From the NCBI GenBank assembly GCA_963753755.1, contig CAVWDM010000005.1:138559-202558 (forward strand): DNA of 64,000 nucleotides, written 5' to 3'. Numbering within the stretch: position 1 is the first letter of the stretch; every line of letters begins with the position of its first letter. This DNA is from an uncultured Gammaproteobacteria bacterium. GTDB lineage: Bacteria > Pseudomonadota > Gammaproteobacteria > UBA9214. Positions 11,903-21,685 of this stretch are shown piece by piece. The notes under the pieces were generated by a model. The model was not told the origin of the DNA and searched no databases. It saw only the letters and a program-made list of their open reading frames with translations. Made by a program: the position numbers and the translations under genes.

Positions 11903-11950
11903 TGATCTCTCCTGAAATAGTGTGGGGTTCGGAAGTGAGCAGGGTGCGCG

Positions 11951-12328
11951 CTACTCTTTTAAAAATGCGGGTACGTTATCCGTGTCCTCAAGATCCGCCG
12001 GAATGCCCTGCAGCAGTTCGCTGTCATCTTCAAAATTGTGGTAGGACATTTCCGCAAGGATGATGCCGGGCAGTGCCTGGATACGCTTCAGGCCATCGAC
12101 CTCGTCGCTGATGGTAGCGGCTTCCTGGGTGATGACGATACGGCCAGTGGACGCATCGATATGATGCACGTCGATACCGTCCAGCCCCTGCAGCTGCTCA
12201 ACCATGGATTCAACCCGCTGTGGGGAAACGACCACGAGGATGCCTGATATATTCATGTGCGGTAACTGCCCCCAGTCACTGTAGCAAATGATGTCGTTTT
12301 TATACGGGGTCTGGATGGCCAGGTTCAC
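11951..12328 (-). CDS. napD: NapA maturation chaperone NapD
   Basis: ~125-aa acidic protein directly upstream of napA, the conserved napD position; sequence is NapD-like. Confidence 0.7.
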   Translation of the reverse strand: MNLAIQTPYKNDIICYSDWGQLPHMNISGILVVVSPQRVESMVEQLQGLDGIDVHHIDASTGRIVITQEAATISDEVDGLKRIQALPGIILAEMSYHNFEDDSELLQGIPADLEDTDNVPAFLKE

Positions 12329-12379
12329 TCTTCCCCAAACGCCCTGATAAACTTATACCAAGATAATCAGCGTCACGAC

Positions 12380-12393
12380 TTGATTCAGGTCAA
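12380..12393. promoter_or_regulatory. FNR/Dnr-type binding site TTGATTCAGGTCAA (TTGAT-N4-GTCAA)
   Basis: Near-consensus CRP/FNR-family half-sites spaced N4. It sits ~50-65 nt upstream of the napD start, in the divergent intergenic region shared with the oxidase operon. Confidence 0.5.
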
Positions 12394-12741
12394 GAGTGGG
12401 CAGCACCGCACCGGCAGGACCGGTGCTGCCGGTGGCGCTTGAAAACCGGGTATGCACTCATGTCAGCATGGCATGCCAGCAGCAGGCGGTATCGAGGCGT
12501 TCACGCAAGAGCTGGTACTTCCACTTGAAATTCAAAGGAAAATTGTGGATTATCGAGTGGCGATTGTCACGGGGACGCCGCGATGGATAGCATGCGCATG
12601 GCTGTCCCGATAATAACCTCAAAGAAAATGCTTACCGCACATCATTTGAATTTCTGTGCCTTTTATCTTCCTGAATCACCCCGGTGACGGGACGGTGTCT
12701 GCATGTCTGAGGGTCACGCAATTCTGTCTAGGAGAAAATGA

Positions 12742-12894
12742 ATGAGTCAACTAACACCTGAAGAGGAGCAGAAAATCCTCAACAGTTCACCGACCGGGAC
12801 CTTTGCACTGCTGTTGCTGATCGGTGTGCTGCTCTTCGCCGGCTGGGCCTATATGTTTTTATTCATGTTTCTTGAAAACGGACCGGTGAGCTAG
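12742..12894 (+). CDS. 50-aa single-TM peptide; candidate ba3-type oxidase subunit IIa (CbaD-like)
   Basis: My own translation: MSQLTPEEEQKILNSSPTGTFALLLLIGVLLFAGWAYMFLFMFLENGPVS. An AGGAG sits 8 nt upstream and the gene lies immediately 5' of the CuA subunit gene. It is below the 60-aa cutoff of the ORF track. Confidence 0.45.
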   Translation: MSQLTPEEEQKILNSSPTGTFALLLLIGVLLFAGWAYMFLFMFLENGPVS

Positions 12895-12905
12895 GAGGCG
12901 TGGCA

Positions 12906-13430
12906 ATGTTTGGTGATCCCCTGAAAAGCATCTGCGAAGATTCACTGGAAAGAAAGTGGATCTGGATATCCCTGTTGCTGGCGTTCTTTATGGCCGGTAT
13001 GCTGGGTTTTTATGCGGTGGCCAGCAACATCCACCCGCCGAGCAATGTTGAAACCATTGACTCCTCGCGACTGCACCTGACGGAAGAATTTGCAGAGGAC
13101 AAGCTGGGAGTAACCACCAATGCGGATGGCAGTCTCACCGTTACCCTGGTGGCGGCCCGCTATGGTTTCTATCCACCGGTCATCGAAGTGCCGGCCGACA
13201 CGCCGGTGACCTTCCGCATCGCCAGCGCCGATGTGCTGCACGGTGTGCATGTGCCCTTTACCAACATGACCACCATGATCGTGCCGGGCTATATATCCGA
13301 GGTAAGGACGAGCTTTCCGCGCACCGGGGAGTTCTCCCTGCTGTGTAATGAATACTGCGGCCTCGGGCATGATTCCATGTGGTCGCGCCTGGTGGTGGTT
13401 CCTAAATCCGTGGGGGGGGCTTCATCATGA
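12906..13430 (+). CDS. heme-copper oxidase subunit II (CuA cupredoxin; ba3/sNOR-type, no cytochrome c domain)
   Basis: One N-terminal TM helix plus a cupredoxin domain with the CuA motif HGVHV...CNEYCGLGHDSM. AGGAGG RBS 7 nt upstream of the ATG at 12906. ATGA overlap with the subunit I gene. Confidence 0.8.
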   Translation: MFGDPLKSICEDSLERKWIWISLLLAFFMAGMLGFYAVASNIHPPSNVETIDSSRLHLTEEFAEDKLGVTTNADGSLTVTLVAARYGFYPPVIEVPADTPVTFRIASADVLHGVHVPFTNMTTMIVPGYISEVRTSFPRTGEFSLLCNEYCGLGHDSMWSRLVVVPKSVGGASS

Positions 13431-15050
13431 GCCGGTCAAATGCTGCCGGTATCAGCCTGGCAAGTATGTGGGTGGGTTTTACGGCCTTTGCCGTCGCGGC
13501 CCTGCTGGGTGTTTACCAGGTCATTGAAAGGATCGATCTGATCCCCGCGCTGCAATCGCCGGAACTGTATTTCGGCTCGGTGTCGACCCACGGGGTGCTG
13601 ATGGCGTTCGTGCTGACCACCTTCCTGGTGATGGGATATGGCTATTACACGGCGACCACCAGCCTTGATCAGGCGTTGTGGAACAAGCCACTGGCCTGGT
13701 TCGGTTTCTGGCTGGCCGTGATCGGTGTGCTGCTGGCGGCCGGGCCGCTGCTCACCGGTAATGCCTCGGTGCTGTATACCTTCTACCCGCCACTGCAAGC
13801 GCATCCGGCATTCTACCTCGGTGCCACGCTGCTGGTGGTGGGTTCCTGGGTGTGGTGCCTGGAGATGGTCATGATGATGACCATCTGGAAGAAGGCGCAC
13901 CCGGGTGAAACCGTGCCGCTGGCGATGTACGGCACCACGGCGAATGCCATTCTCTGGTTTATTACCAGTCTCGGGGTTGCCGCGGAAGTGCTGTTTCAAC
14001 TGCTTCCCTGGTCACTGGGGATTATCGAGACCGTCGACGTCGGCCTGGCGCGAACCCTGTTCTCCTGGACCCTGCACGCGATTGTGTACTTCTGGCTGTT
14101 CCCGGCCTACATCGCGCTGTACACCCTGTTGCCGAGTGCAGCGGGTGGCCGCTTGTTCAGTGACCAGATGGGGCGGCTGGCGTTTATCATGTTGCTGGTG
14201 TTTTCGGTGCCTATCGGTTTTCACCACCTGTACATGGATCCGTTTCAGGCGGCCGGCTGGAAGTTCCTGCACATGATGGGCACCTTCATGGTGGCCGTGC
14301 CAACCCTGATTACCGGTTTTACCATCATTGCCTCGCTGGAGATTGCCGGCAAGTTGCGTGGTGGCAAGGGGCTGTTTGGCTGGATTGGCGCGCTGCCCTG
14401 GGGTAATCCCATGGTGCTGGCGAGCCATACTGGCGATGCTGATGCTCACCTTCGGTGGCTTCGGCGGCATGATCAATGCCAGTTATGCCATGAACACCAT
14501 GGTGCATAACACCCAGTGGGTCACCGGCCACTTTCACCTCATCTTTGCAGGGACCACGGTGATCATGTACTTCGCGATTGCCTATACTCTGTGGCCGAAG
14601 ATGACGGGGCGAGCGCTGTATTCAACGCGCATGGCGTTGCATCAACTGTGGTTGTGGTTTGTCGGCATGTTGATCCTGACACTGCCCTGGCACCAGCTTG
14701 GACTGGCCGGCCAGCCACGGCGTATCTCGTCGACACCGTATGACGAATCCTTCGTGCAGGCATGGCTACCGGCCGGATCCGCCATGATCGTCGGTGGTGT
14801 CATCCTGTTTATCTCGGCGCTGATGCTGGTCTACAACCTGTTCAGGACGCATGGCAACGCCCGGGCGGAAGACAATCTTGAGGTCGAGTATGCCGAACCG
14901 CTGCATGCGATACAGCGCATGCCGCAGCTGATGAACAGCTTCGGTTTCTGGGTGCTGCTGGTGGTGGTGTACATGGTAGCCAGCTACGGTTATCCCATAG
15001 CACAGTTTTTCCTCATGGATACCTACGGTACTGTCCCATGGAGCATATGA
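13427..15050 (+). pseudogene. heme-copper oxidase subunit I (B-family / NOR-like), interrupted by a frameshift near 14410-14420
   Basis: Two overlapping ORFs in different frames (13427..14509 and 14328..15050) together give a ~540-aa subunit I (...HHLYMDPF..., ...WVTGHFHLIF..., ...GYPIAQFF...). Continuity is ...GNPMVLA|ILAMLMLTFGG..., implying a single 1-nt indel. Confidence 0.7.
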
Positions 15051-15718
15051 TCATGATGCGTTTATTTGCTGTATTTATCGGCGTGGTGGTGCTGATCCCG
15101 GCTGCCGGTGCCGAACCCTCTTCACAAGTGGCCTTTGACGTGGCCACGGTGCAGCTGTTGCGAACGGCGGACCCGGCACGTGGTGAGGCACTGGCAGCGG
15201 AGAGCAAGTGTTCCAAGTGTCATGGCGATAACGGTGTCTCGAATGATCCTGATGACGTCAACATTGCCGGGCTGCGTCCCAGCTATATCTACAAGCAGCT
15301 CAGCGATTACCGGGACGAAAATCGCGATGACCGCGACATGTTCAAACAGACACGTAACCTTGATAATCAGCAGCTGGCTGATCTGGCCGTCTGGTTTGCC
15401 GCGCAGCAACCGCTAGCGCCTGCCGCCGACCGCAATAGTGATCCCGCTATCTTGCGCCTCGTCTACCAGGGCGATCCTGAACGGCTGATCAAGGCCTGTG
15501 CCTCCTGTCACGGCCGCGATGGCCGCGGTGGCCAGTTCGATCACCCGGCACTGGCCGGCCAGTACCCGGAATACCTCATCTACACACTGACCGAGTTCAA
15601 GGAAGGTGACCGCAGCAATGATATCTATGCGCGCATGCGCAGTATCGCCGAGGTGCTCACCGAGGAGGAGATCGAGGGTCTGGCCGCCTACTACGGTGCC
15701 GCCGTGCCGGCGGAATAA
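15038..15718 (+). CDS. dihaem cytochrome c (c4-like), probable electron donor to the oxidase
   Basis: Signal peptide and two CxxCH motifs (CSKCH, CASCH). Overlaps the end of the subunit I gene. Confidence 0.7.
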   Translation: MEHMIMMRLFAVFIGVVVLIPAAGAEPSSQVAFDVATVQLLRTADPARGEALAAESKCSKCHGDNGVSNDPDDVNIAGLRPSYIYKQLSDYRDENRDDRDMFKQTRNLDNQQLADLAVWFAAQQPLAPAADRNSDPAILRLVYQGDPERLIKACASCHGRDGRGGQFDHPALAGQYPEYLIYTLTEFKEGDRSNDIYARMRSIAEVLTEEEIEGLAAYYGAAVPAE

Positions 15719-15799
15719 CGCCCGATCATTGATACCTTGAATACTGTCGCAGCGGACCGGGGCGGACGCGGTCCGCTGCGACAGTTTAGATTGTAAAGC

Positions 15800-18256
15800 A
15801 TGTCGACGGATGACGCGGAATCGCGCTGTTTTCATTGTGGCCTGCCGCTACCGGCTGCCGCACCGACACCGCGGCTGGAGGTGCTGGGCGAACCGCGTGC
15901 ATTCTGCTGTTATGGTTGCCATGCCGTGTGCAAGGCCATCTCTGATGCCGGCCTGGACGACTACTACCGGCATCGCACCGACCCTGCCGTATCCGCCAAC
16001 CGCGAGTTCGTGCCGGACTTCCTCAAGCAGGTGGAGCTGTTCGATCGCCCGGAGATCCAGCAGGATTTCGTCGTGCACGTCGGTGACAGCCGGGAAGCGG
16101 CCCTGTTGCTCGACAACATCCGCTGCCCTGCCTGCCTGTGGCTGAATGAACGGCACTTGCGCAGCCTCCCCGGGGTGCTCGACGTGCACATCGATGACAC
16201 CACGCAGCGTGCCCGCGTGCGCTGGGACCCGCAGACCATCCGGCTAAGCGAGATCCTGCGCGCCATTACCGACATTGGTTACATTGCCCATCCCTATGAC
16301 GCCACGCGCAGCGAACAACTCAACAGGCTGCGGCGCCGGCGCAGTACCGAGCGCCTGATATTCGCCGCTGCCATCGGCATGCTGGTGATGAATTTTTCAC
16401 TGGCCACCTATGTTATGGGTGAAACCGACGACGCGGGTGCGCTGCCGCTGTGGATTACGCTGGGACGCTGGACCAGCGTACTGCTGTCCGTGCTGCTGCT
16501 GGCCTATCCGGGCCAGGAGTTTTTCGCCGCGGCCTGGAATGATCTCAGGCATCGACGTCTGGGCATGGATATCCCCGTGGTGCTGGGTCTGTGTGCCGCG
16601 TTCATCGGCAGCCTGCAGGCCACGGTGACCGGGCACGGCGAGGTGTACTTTGATTCCATCGCCATGTTCATCTTCTTTCTGCTGCTGGCGCGGCGCTGGG
16701 AACTGCGCGGCAAGCTCAGTGCGGCCGACCGCCTGGAGCGACTGGCACGCATCACACCGCGCACGGCATCGCGACTGGATACGCAGGGTGCGGTGACCGA
16801 CGTTGCGGTTGATGAACTGGCCGTGGGCGACCTTATCCGGCTGCTGCCCGGGGAAACCCTGCCTGTGGACGGGACCGTGGTGACCGGCAGCAGCAGTTTT
16901 GATGAATCGCTGCTGACGGGCGAGGCGCAGCCGATCGTCAAGCAACCGGGTGACGCGCTGATTGCCGGCTCGGTGAACAGTGAACAACCGCTGACGATCC
17001 GGGTGACCCATACGCTGCAACATTCCGCCGTCAGTGAGATTCGGCAGCTGGTGGAACGGGGGCTGGAGCTACGCCCACGCTACGCGCTGCTGGCGGAACA
17101 GGTGGCGAGCGGGTTTGTCATAGTGCTGCTGCTGATCGCATCGGCAACCGCCGCCTACTGGCTGCTGACGGACCCGGGCAACTGGTTACCCAGTACCATT
17201 GCCGTGCTGATCGTAACCTGTCCCTGTGCGCTGGCACTGGCGACACCGGTGGCGCTGGCGGTCAGTGCCGGCCGCTTTATCGACATCGGTGTGTTACCTC
17301 TGCGGATGCGGGCACTGGATGCGCTGGCGTGCAGCGATCTGTTTGTATTTGACAAAACCGGTACCCTCACCACGGGGCAGCCGGCCATTGCCGCCGTGGT
17401 GCCGACCGCCGGCCTGGATGAAGACACCTGCCTGCGCCATGCGGCTGCGCTTGCCACCGAGTCGGCACACCCGGTGGCGCATGCCCTGCATCACGTCGTC
17501 GTGCCGCCGCAGATGGTCACCACGGCAGTGGTTAATGTACCGGGCGCCGGCATCCAGGCATCGATCGAGGGGCGTGAGTGGCGCTTCGGCAAACCCGATT
17601 TTGCAGCACACGGTGCTGACTATGACGAGCGCACCCGTGCGATCATTGCTGATGGGCGGGCGCGTGGACAGCTGGTCTCCGTACTGGCCAGTCCCGAGGG
17701 GGTGCAGGCTGTGATGACCTTTGCAGATCCGCTGCGGCCGGGTATCGAGGTGCTGTTAGCCGGCCTGAAAGACAGCGGCGTACAGCAGCTGGCAATACTC
17801 AGTGGTGATGCTCCTGACACGGTACTGAGACTGGCCAGGCAGCTGGGTATTGAAGAGGCACACGGCGGACTGTCACCGGCCGGCAAACTCGACTGGACGC
17901 GGGCGCAGCAGGGACAGGGGCGGCAACTGGCGATGATGGGTGACGGAATCAATGATGCCCCCACGCTGGCCGCCGCCGATGTGTCGATTTCATTTGCTGA
18001 TGCGACCGACCTGGCGAATGCCAGCAGTGATTTTCTCATACTGGGAGATGATGCCGGCGTGCTGGTGACGGCACGACAGCTTGCACGGCGTACGCGCCGC
18101 AATATCATGCAGAATTTTGCCTGGGCAGGCGCTTATAACCTGATTGCCGTGCCGTTTGCCGCTGCCGGCTGGATTCCACCCTGGGGCGCGGCACTGGGTA
18201 TGTCCTTCAGTTCCCTGTTCATTGTCATGAATGCGCTGCGATTAAGGCAAGGATAA
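15800..18256 (+). CDS. ccoI: copper-translocating P1B-type ATPase, CcoI/FixI-type
   Basis: N-terminal CxxC...CCxGC metal-binding region (CFHCGLP...CCYGCHAVC), TM CPC motif (TCPCALALATP), phosphorylation motif FDKTGTLT, GDGINDAP hinge. Confidence 0.85.
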   Translation: MSTDDAESRCFHCGLPLPAAAPTPRLEVLGEPRAFCCYGCHAVCKAISDAGLDDYYRHRTDPAVSANREFVPDFLKQVELFDRPEIQQDFVVHVGDSREAALLLDNIRCPACLWLNERHLRSLPGVLDVHIDDTTQRARVRWDPQTIRLSEILRAITDIGYIAHPYDATRSEQLNRLRRRRSTERLIFAAAIGMLVMNFSLATYVMGETDDAGALPLWITLGRWTSVLLSVLLLAYPGQEFFAAAWNDLRHRRLGMDIPVVLGLCAAFIGSLQATVTGHGEVYFDSIAMFIFFLLLARRWELRGKLSAADRLERLARITPRTASRLDTQGAVTDVAVDELAVGDLIRLLPGETLPVDGTVVTGSSSFDESLLTGEAQPIVKQPGDALIAGSVNSEQPLTIRVTHTLQHSAVSEIRQLVERGLELRPRYALLAEQVASGFVIVLLLIASATAAYWLLTDPGNWLPSTIAVLIVTCPCALALATPVALAVSAGRFIDIGVLPLRMRALDALACSDLFVFDKTGTLTTGQPAIAAVVPTAGLDEDTCLRHAAALATESAHPVAHALHHVVVPPQMVTTAVVNVPGAGIQASIEGREWRFGKPDFAAHGADYDERTRAIIADGRARGQLVSVLASPEGVQAVMTFADPLRPGIEVLLAGLKDSGVQQLAILSGDAPDTVLRLARQLGIEEAHGGLSPAGKLDWTRAQQGQGRQLAMMGDGINDAPTLAAADVSISFADATDLANASSDFLILGDDAGVLVTARQLARRTRRNIMQNFAWAGAYNLIAVPFAAAGWIPPWGAALGMSFSSLFIVMNALRLRQG

Positions 18257-18551
18257 TCATTACTCGTCAAGCCGGCGATGATACTGACAAAACAGACAGG
18301 TTCCACTCGACATTATAGTGGGGTAGGATGCAGTATCGCCCTTGATAAAGGCGTGAATACGGACTATAGCCATTGTACGCGACCGTCAGCAAGCCTGACC
18401 CTCAATAAGGGGGCGAGCCGGCTGGCATGCGAATATGCGGGTTTGGACTCGCAGCAGAATTCCGCCGGGGGGCAGGGAGAAGTGGCCCTGACATCCCGTT
18501 TGAAGTCTTCTGTTTGGTTGCCACGAAATCAATAAGAGAGGAGTCACACTT

Positions 18552-19130
18552 ATGTCTGCAAGAAAAACACTCGCAGTGCTATTGGGGTCCGGTCTGTTGC
18601 TGGGTGCCGCCCACGTGTCAGCGGCACCGACCGCCACCATGCTGGCTGATACATGTGCCGGTTGTCATGGCACCGATGGTGCCAGCACGGGGCCAGCCAC
18701 ACCCTCGCTCGCCGGAATGTCGGAGACCTACATGGTCGATTCCATGAAGGCCTTCAAGAGCGGTGAACGTCACAGCACGGTCATGGGCCGTATCGCCAAG
18801 GGCTACAGTGACGAAGAGTTTCAGCTCATGGCCTCGGTGTTCGCCAAACAGCCGATTCCAGTAACCAGCCAGACAACGGATGCCGCCAAGGTGGCAGCCG
18901 GTGAGAAGTTATACGGCGATAACTGTGAAAAATGCCACGATGAAAAAGGTGGCCTGGCCGATGACGATGCCGGCATCCTCTACAGTCAATGGCTTCCCTA
19001 CCTGCAGTATTCCATGCAGGACTTCAAGGGTGATGCAAGAGAGATGCCCAAGAAGATGAAAAAGAAGGTCGACGCGCTTAGCGATGCCGAGATTGAAGCA
19101 TTGTTGCAGTTCTTCGCCAGTCAACAGTAG
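18552..19130 (+). CDS. fccA: flavocytochrome c sulfide dehydrogenase, dihaem cytochrome subunit
   Basis: Signal peptide and two CxxCH motifs (CAGCH, CEKCH). Immediately upstream of the FccB flavoprotein gene. Confidence 0.75.
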   Translation: MSARKTLAVLLGSGLLLGAAHVSAAPTATMLADTCAGCHGTDGASTGPATPSLAGMSETYMVDSMKAFKSGERHSTVMGRIAKGYSDEEFQLMASVFAKQPIPVTSQTTDAAKVAAGEKLYGDNCEKCHDEKGGLADDDAGILYSQWLPYLQYSMQDFKGDAREMPKKMKKKVDALSDAEIEALLQFFASQQ

Positions 19131-19145
19131 GGGAGATAAAGAATC

Positions 19146-20423
19146 ATGAACAAGATTAATCGCAGAAGTTTCATCAAGATCGCGGGTGGTGCCACGGCTG
19201 CCAGCGCGATCGGTTTCCCCATGATCGCCGCAGCAGCTGGCAAGAAGCAGGTCGTTATCGTCGGTGGCGGTACCGCGGGCGCGACCGCCGCCAAGTACAT
19301 CCGCCGGGCTGATGCCACGGTCGAGGTGACACTGATCGAGCCGAACAAGGATTACTATACCTGTTACCTGAGTAACGAGGTCATTGGTGGCGGTCGCAAG
19401 CTGGATAGCCTCAAGTTCGGCTACGACGGTCTGCGCAAGCACGGCGTCACGGTGGTACACGATACCGTCACCGCGATCGATGCCAAGGGACAGAAGGTGA
19501 CGACCCAGGGTGGCAAGAGCTTCAGCTATGACCGCTGTATTGTCGCCCCCGGTATTTCCTTTGTTGACAATATCGAAGGCTATGACGCGGCCGCCATGGA
19601 GAAGATGCCGCATGCCTGGAAGGCGGGTGCACAGACTGCACTGCTGCGCAAGCAGCTGGAAGCCATGGCTGACGGTGGCACGGTGTTGATTGCACCGCCA
19701 CCGAATCCCTTCCGCTGTCCGCCCGGCCCATACGAACGTGCCTGCCAGATCGCCAGCTACCTGAAGAGCCACAAGCCGAAATCAAAGGTCCTCATCATTG
19801 ATAAAAAGGACTCGTTCTCCAAGCAGGGCTTGTTCACACAGGCCTGGGACCGGCACTACAAGGGCATGATTGAATGGGTCAAGGCAGTTGATACCGGCGG
19901 CGGCGTACAGAGCGTCGATGCCAAGACCGGCACGGTCTCCACGGAGTTCGAGGAGTACAAGCCGGCCGTTGCCAATATTATCCCGGCACAGGTCGCCGGT
20001 AGTATTGCCAAGACAGCCGGTTTGACCGATGACAGCGGCTGGTGCCCGGTTACCGGCAAGACCTTCGAGTCGACCATCCACAAGGGTATTCACGTGATCG
20101 GCGATGCAGCCATCCAGGCACCGTTGCCGAAGTCCGGCTATGCTGCCAACTCCGAGGCCAAGGTTGTCGCTGCCGCGGTCGTGGATCTCGTCAACGGTCG
20201 CGAACCGGGTACGCCGTCCTGGGTCAATACCTGTTACAGCATCGTGGCCCCGAATGACGGTATATCGGTCGCCATGGTCTACAACCTGGTAGACGGCAAG
20301 GTCGCGAAGGTCGAGGGTTCCGGTGGCCTGACGCCGATGGACAGCTCGCCGGAAGAGCGTGCCCGTGAGGTGCAGTATGCCTACAGCTGGTTCAATAACA
20401 TCACCAGCGATATTTTTGACTGA
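19146..20423 (+). CDS. fccB: flavocytochrome c sulfide dehydrogenase flavoprotein subunit (FCSD/SQR-family FAD protein)
   Basis: Tat signal ([17 protein letters not shown]), FAD-binding [16 protein letters not shown], and FCSD-like sequence throughout. Confidence 0.8.
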   Translation: MNKINRRSFIKIAGGATAASAIGFPMIAAAAGKKQVVIVGGGTAGATAAKYIRRADATVEVTLIEPNKDYYTCYLSNEVIGGGRKLDSLKFGYDGLRKHGVTVVHDTVTAIDAKGQKVTTQGGKSFSYDRCIVAPGISFVDNIEGYDAAAMEKMPHAWKAGAQTALLRKQLEAMADGGTVLIAPPPNPFRCPPGPYERACQIASYLKSHKPKSKVLIIDKKDSFSKQGLFTQAWDRHYKGMIEWVKAVDTGGGVQSVDAKTGTVSTEFEEYKPAVANIIPAQVAGSIAKTAGLTDDSGWCPVTGKTFESTIHKGIHVIGDAAIQAPLPKSGYAANSEAKVVAAAVVDLVNGREPGTPSWVNTCYSIVAPNDGISVAMVYNLVDGKVAKVEGSGGLTPMDSSPEERAREVQYAYSWFNNITSDIFD

Positions 20424-20453
20424 TAGCGGTTGCTGACTGGCACAAAGTAAACG

Positions 20454-20484
20454 GGGTCCGCAGCTGCGGGCCCCGTCGTTTAAG
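20454..20484 (+). terminator. GC-rich hairpin (GGGGTCCGCAG/CTGCGGGCCCC) between fccB and soxY; possible terminator or attenuator
   Basis: Approximately 10-bp imperfect inverted repeat followed by a weak T tract (GTCGTTT). Confidence 0.4.
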
Positions 20485-20495
20485 GAGTCGAATGG

Positions 20496-20969
20496 ATGAA
20501 TACAAACATGAAGCGTCGGCTGTTCCTGAAGGCCTCTGTGGCGGCCGGGACGGTCGGGATGGCTGCTGGTGCCGGTCTGTTGATGCCCAGGACCGTGCTG
20601 GCCGCCTGGAACGAGGCCGCATTCAAGGCCGATTCCATGGGCGCTGCCCTGAAGGCAGGCCTGGGCAGCGATGCCGCGACGGAGTCCGCCGAGGTGAAGC
20701 TGGATGTGCCTTCTAATCCGGAGAATGGTGCCGTGGTACCGGTTGCAGTGAACACCACGCTGGCCGGCGTACAATCGATCGCGATACTGGTGGAAAAAAA
20801 TCCCAGCCCGCTGTGCGGCGTCTTTAATCTCGGCAAGCGCATGAAGCCGCAGGTCTCCATTCGTGTGAAGGTGAGCGAGTCGGCCGATATCATTGCCGTG
20901 GTGAAAGCGGGGGACGCGCTCTACAGCGCGCGGACATCCGTCACGGTCACAGTCGGCGGCTGTGGGTGA
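20496..20969 (+). CDS. soxY: thiosulfate-oxidation carrier protein SoxY
   Basis: Tat signal (MKRRLFLKASVAAGTVGMAAGAG) and a C-terminal ...VTVGGCG swinging-arm cysteine motif. Confidence 0.85.
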   Translation: MNTNMKRRLFLKASVAAGTVGMAAGAGLLMPRTVLAAWNEAAFKADSMGAALKAGLGSDAATESAEVKLDVPSNPENGAVVPVAVNTTLAGVQSIAILVEKNPSPLCGVFNLGKRMKPQVSIRVKVSESADIIAVVKAGDALYSARTSVTVTVGGCG

Positions 20970-21024
20970 TGAGCGGCGTCGTGTAACGAATTCAGAGATA
21001 CAATATTTCGAGGTATAGCACACC

Positions 21025-21342
21025 ATGGCCAGCAAGAGCATAAAGTTGAAAGCCAAAGCGGAGAATGGAGAAACCACCGTCAAGGCACTGATCAAACACC
21101 CGATGGAGACCGGTCGACGCAAAGACAAGGACAGTGGCAAGCTGGTATCGAGTCACTACATTCAGGAGGTCAGCTGCAGTTACCAGGGCGAACCGGTGAT
21201 GACGGCCGAGTGGGGGCCGACTATCGCAAAGAATCCGTTCCTGTCTTTCACGTTCTCGGGTGGCGCCGCGGGTGAGGAAATCGAGATGAGCTGGAAGGAC
21301 AACACGGGCGACAGCGACTCGGCCAGCGCGACTATCACTTAG
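21025..21342 (+). CDS. soxZ: thiosulfate-oxidation carrier protein SoxZ
   Basis: ~105-aa SoxZ-like sequence immediately after soxY. Confidence 0.8.
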   Translation: MASKSIKLKAKAENGETTVKALIKHPMETGRRKDKDSGKLVSSHYIQEVSCSYQGEPVMTAEWGPTIAKNPFLSFTFSGGAAGEEIEMSWKDNTGDSDSASATIT

Positions 21343-21549
21343 CTGGCAGGGCCTGGTTTGATAGTGTCGGCGGGCAAACCGCCGTCACGGTTCTGCAACC
21401 TGGCTGTCAAACACAGCCGGGAAATTGATTTCCGCAATCCCGCCTATCAGCAGATAAATATTAAAAAATTGATTCATGTTAAGGCATGAGTTGCGGGCGT
21501 GTTTAAAATCCTCTGTTTGTGACTACCCGTCGTGTGACGAATCATTTTT

Positions 21550-21565
21550 ATGACAGATTTGTCAT
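21550..21565. promoter_or_regulatory. 16-bp palindrome ATGACAGATTTGTCAT in an AT-rich promoter region upstream of the octahaem cytochrome gene
   Basis: Near-perfect inverted repeat (ATGACA-N4-TGTCAT) ~120 nt upstream of the start codon, inside an unusually AT-rich intergenic stretch (21343-21685). Confidence 0.4.
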
Positions 21566-21685
21566 CTTGTAACGCACAGTTTATTGCCTACACTGGTACT
21601 AGTGTGGGTACAAGAAATTAATAATCAATACACGTTCACGGCGGTGTGCGCACTGCCGGATCAACTAACGTAAACATACAGGGGG

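Noticed and set aside
8456-11905. Plus-strand ORFs 8456..9343 (295 aa) and 10304..11905 (533 aa)
   Set aside because: They lie entirely antisense to napG/napH and napA, which have unambiguous homology, so they are spurious.
16397-17023. Minus-strand 208-aa ORF inside the Cu-ATPase gene
   Set aside because: Antisense to a well-supported P-type ATPase ORF with all catalytic motifs in frame.
18909-21140. Minus-strand ORFs 18909..19772 (287 aa) and 19782..21140 (452 aa)
   Set aside because: Antisense to fccA/fccB/soxY, whose Tat signals, FAD and haem motifs are in the opposite frame.
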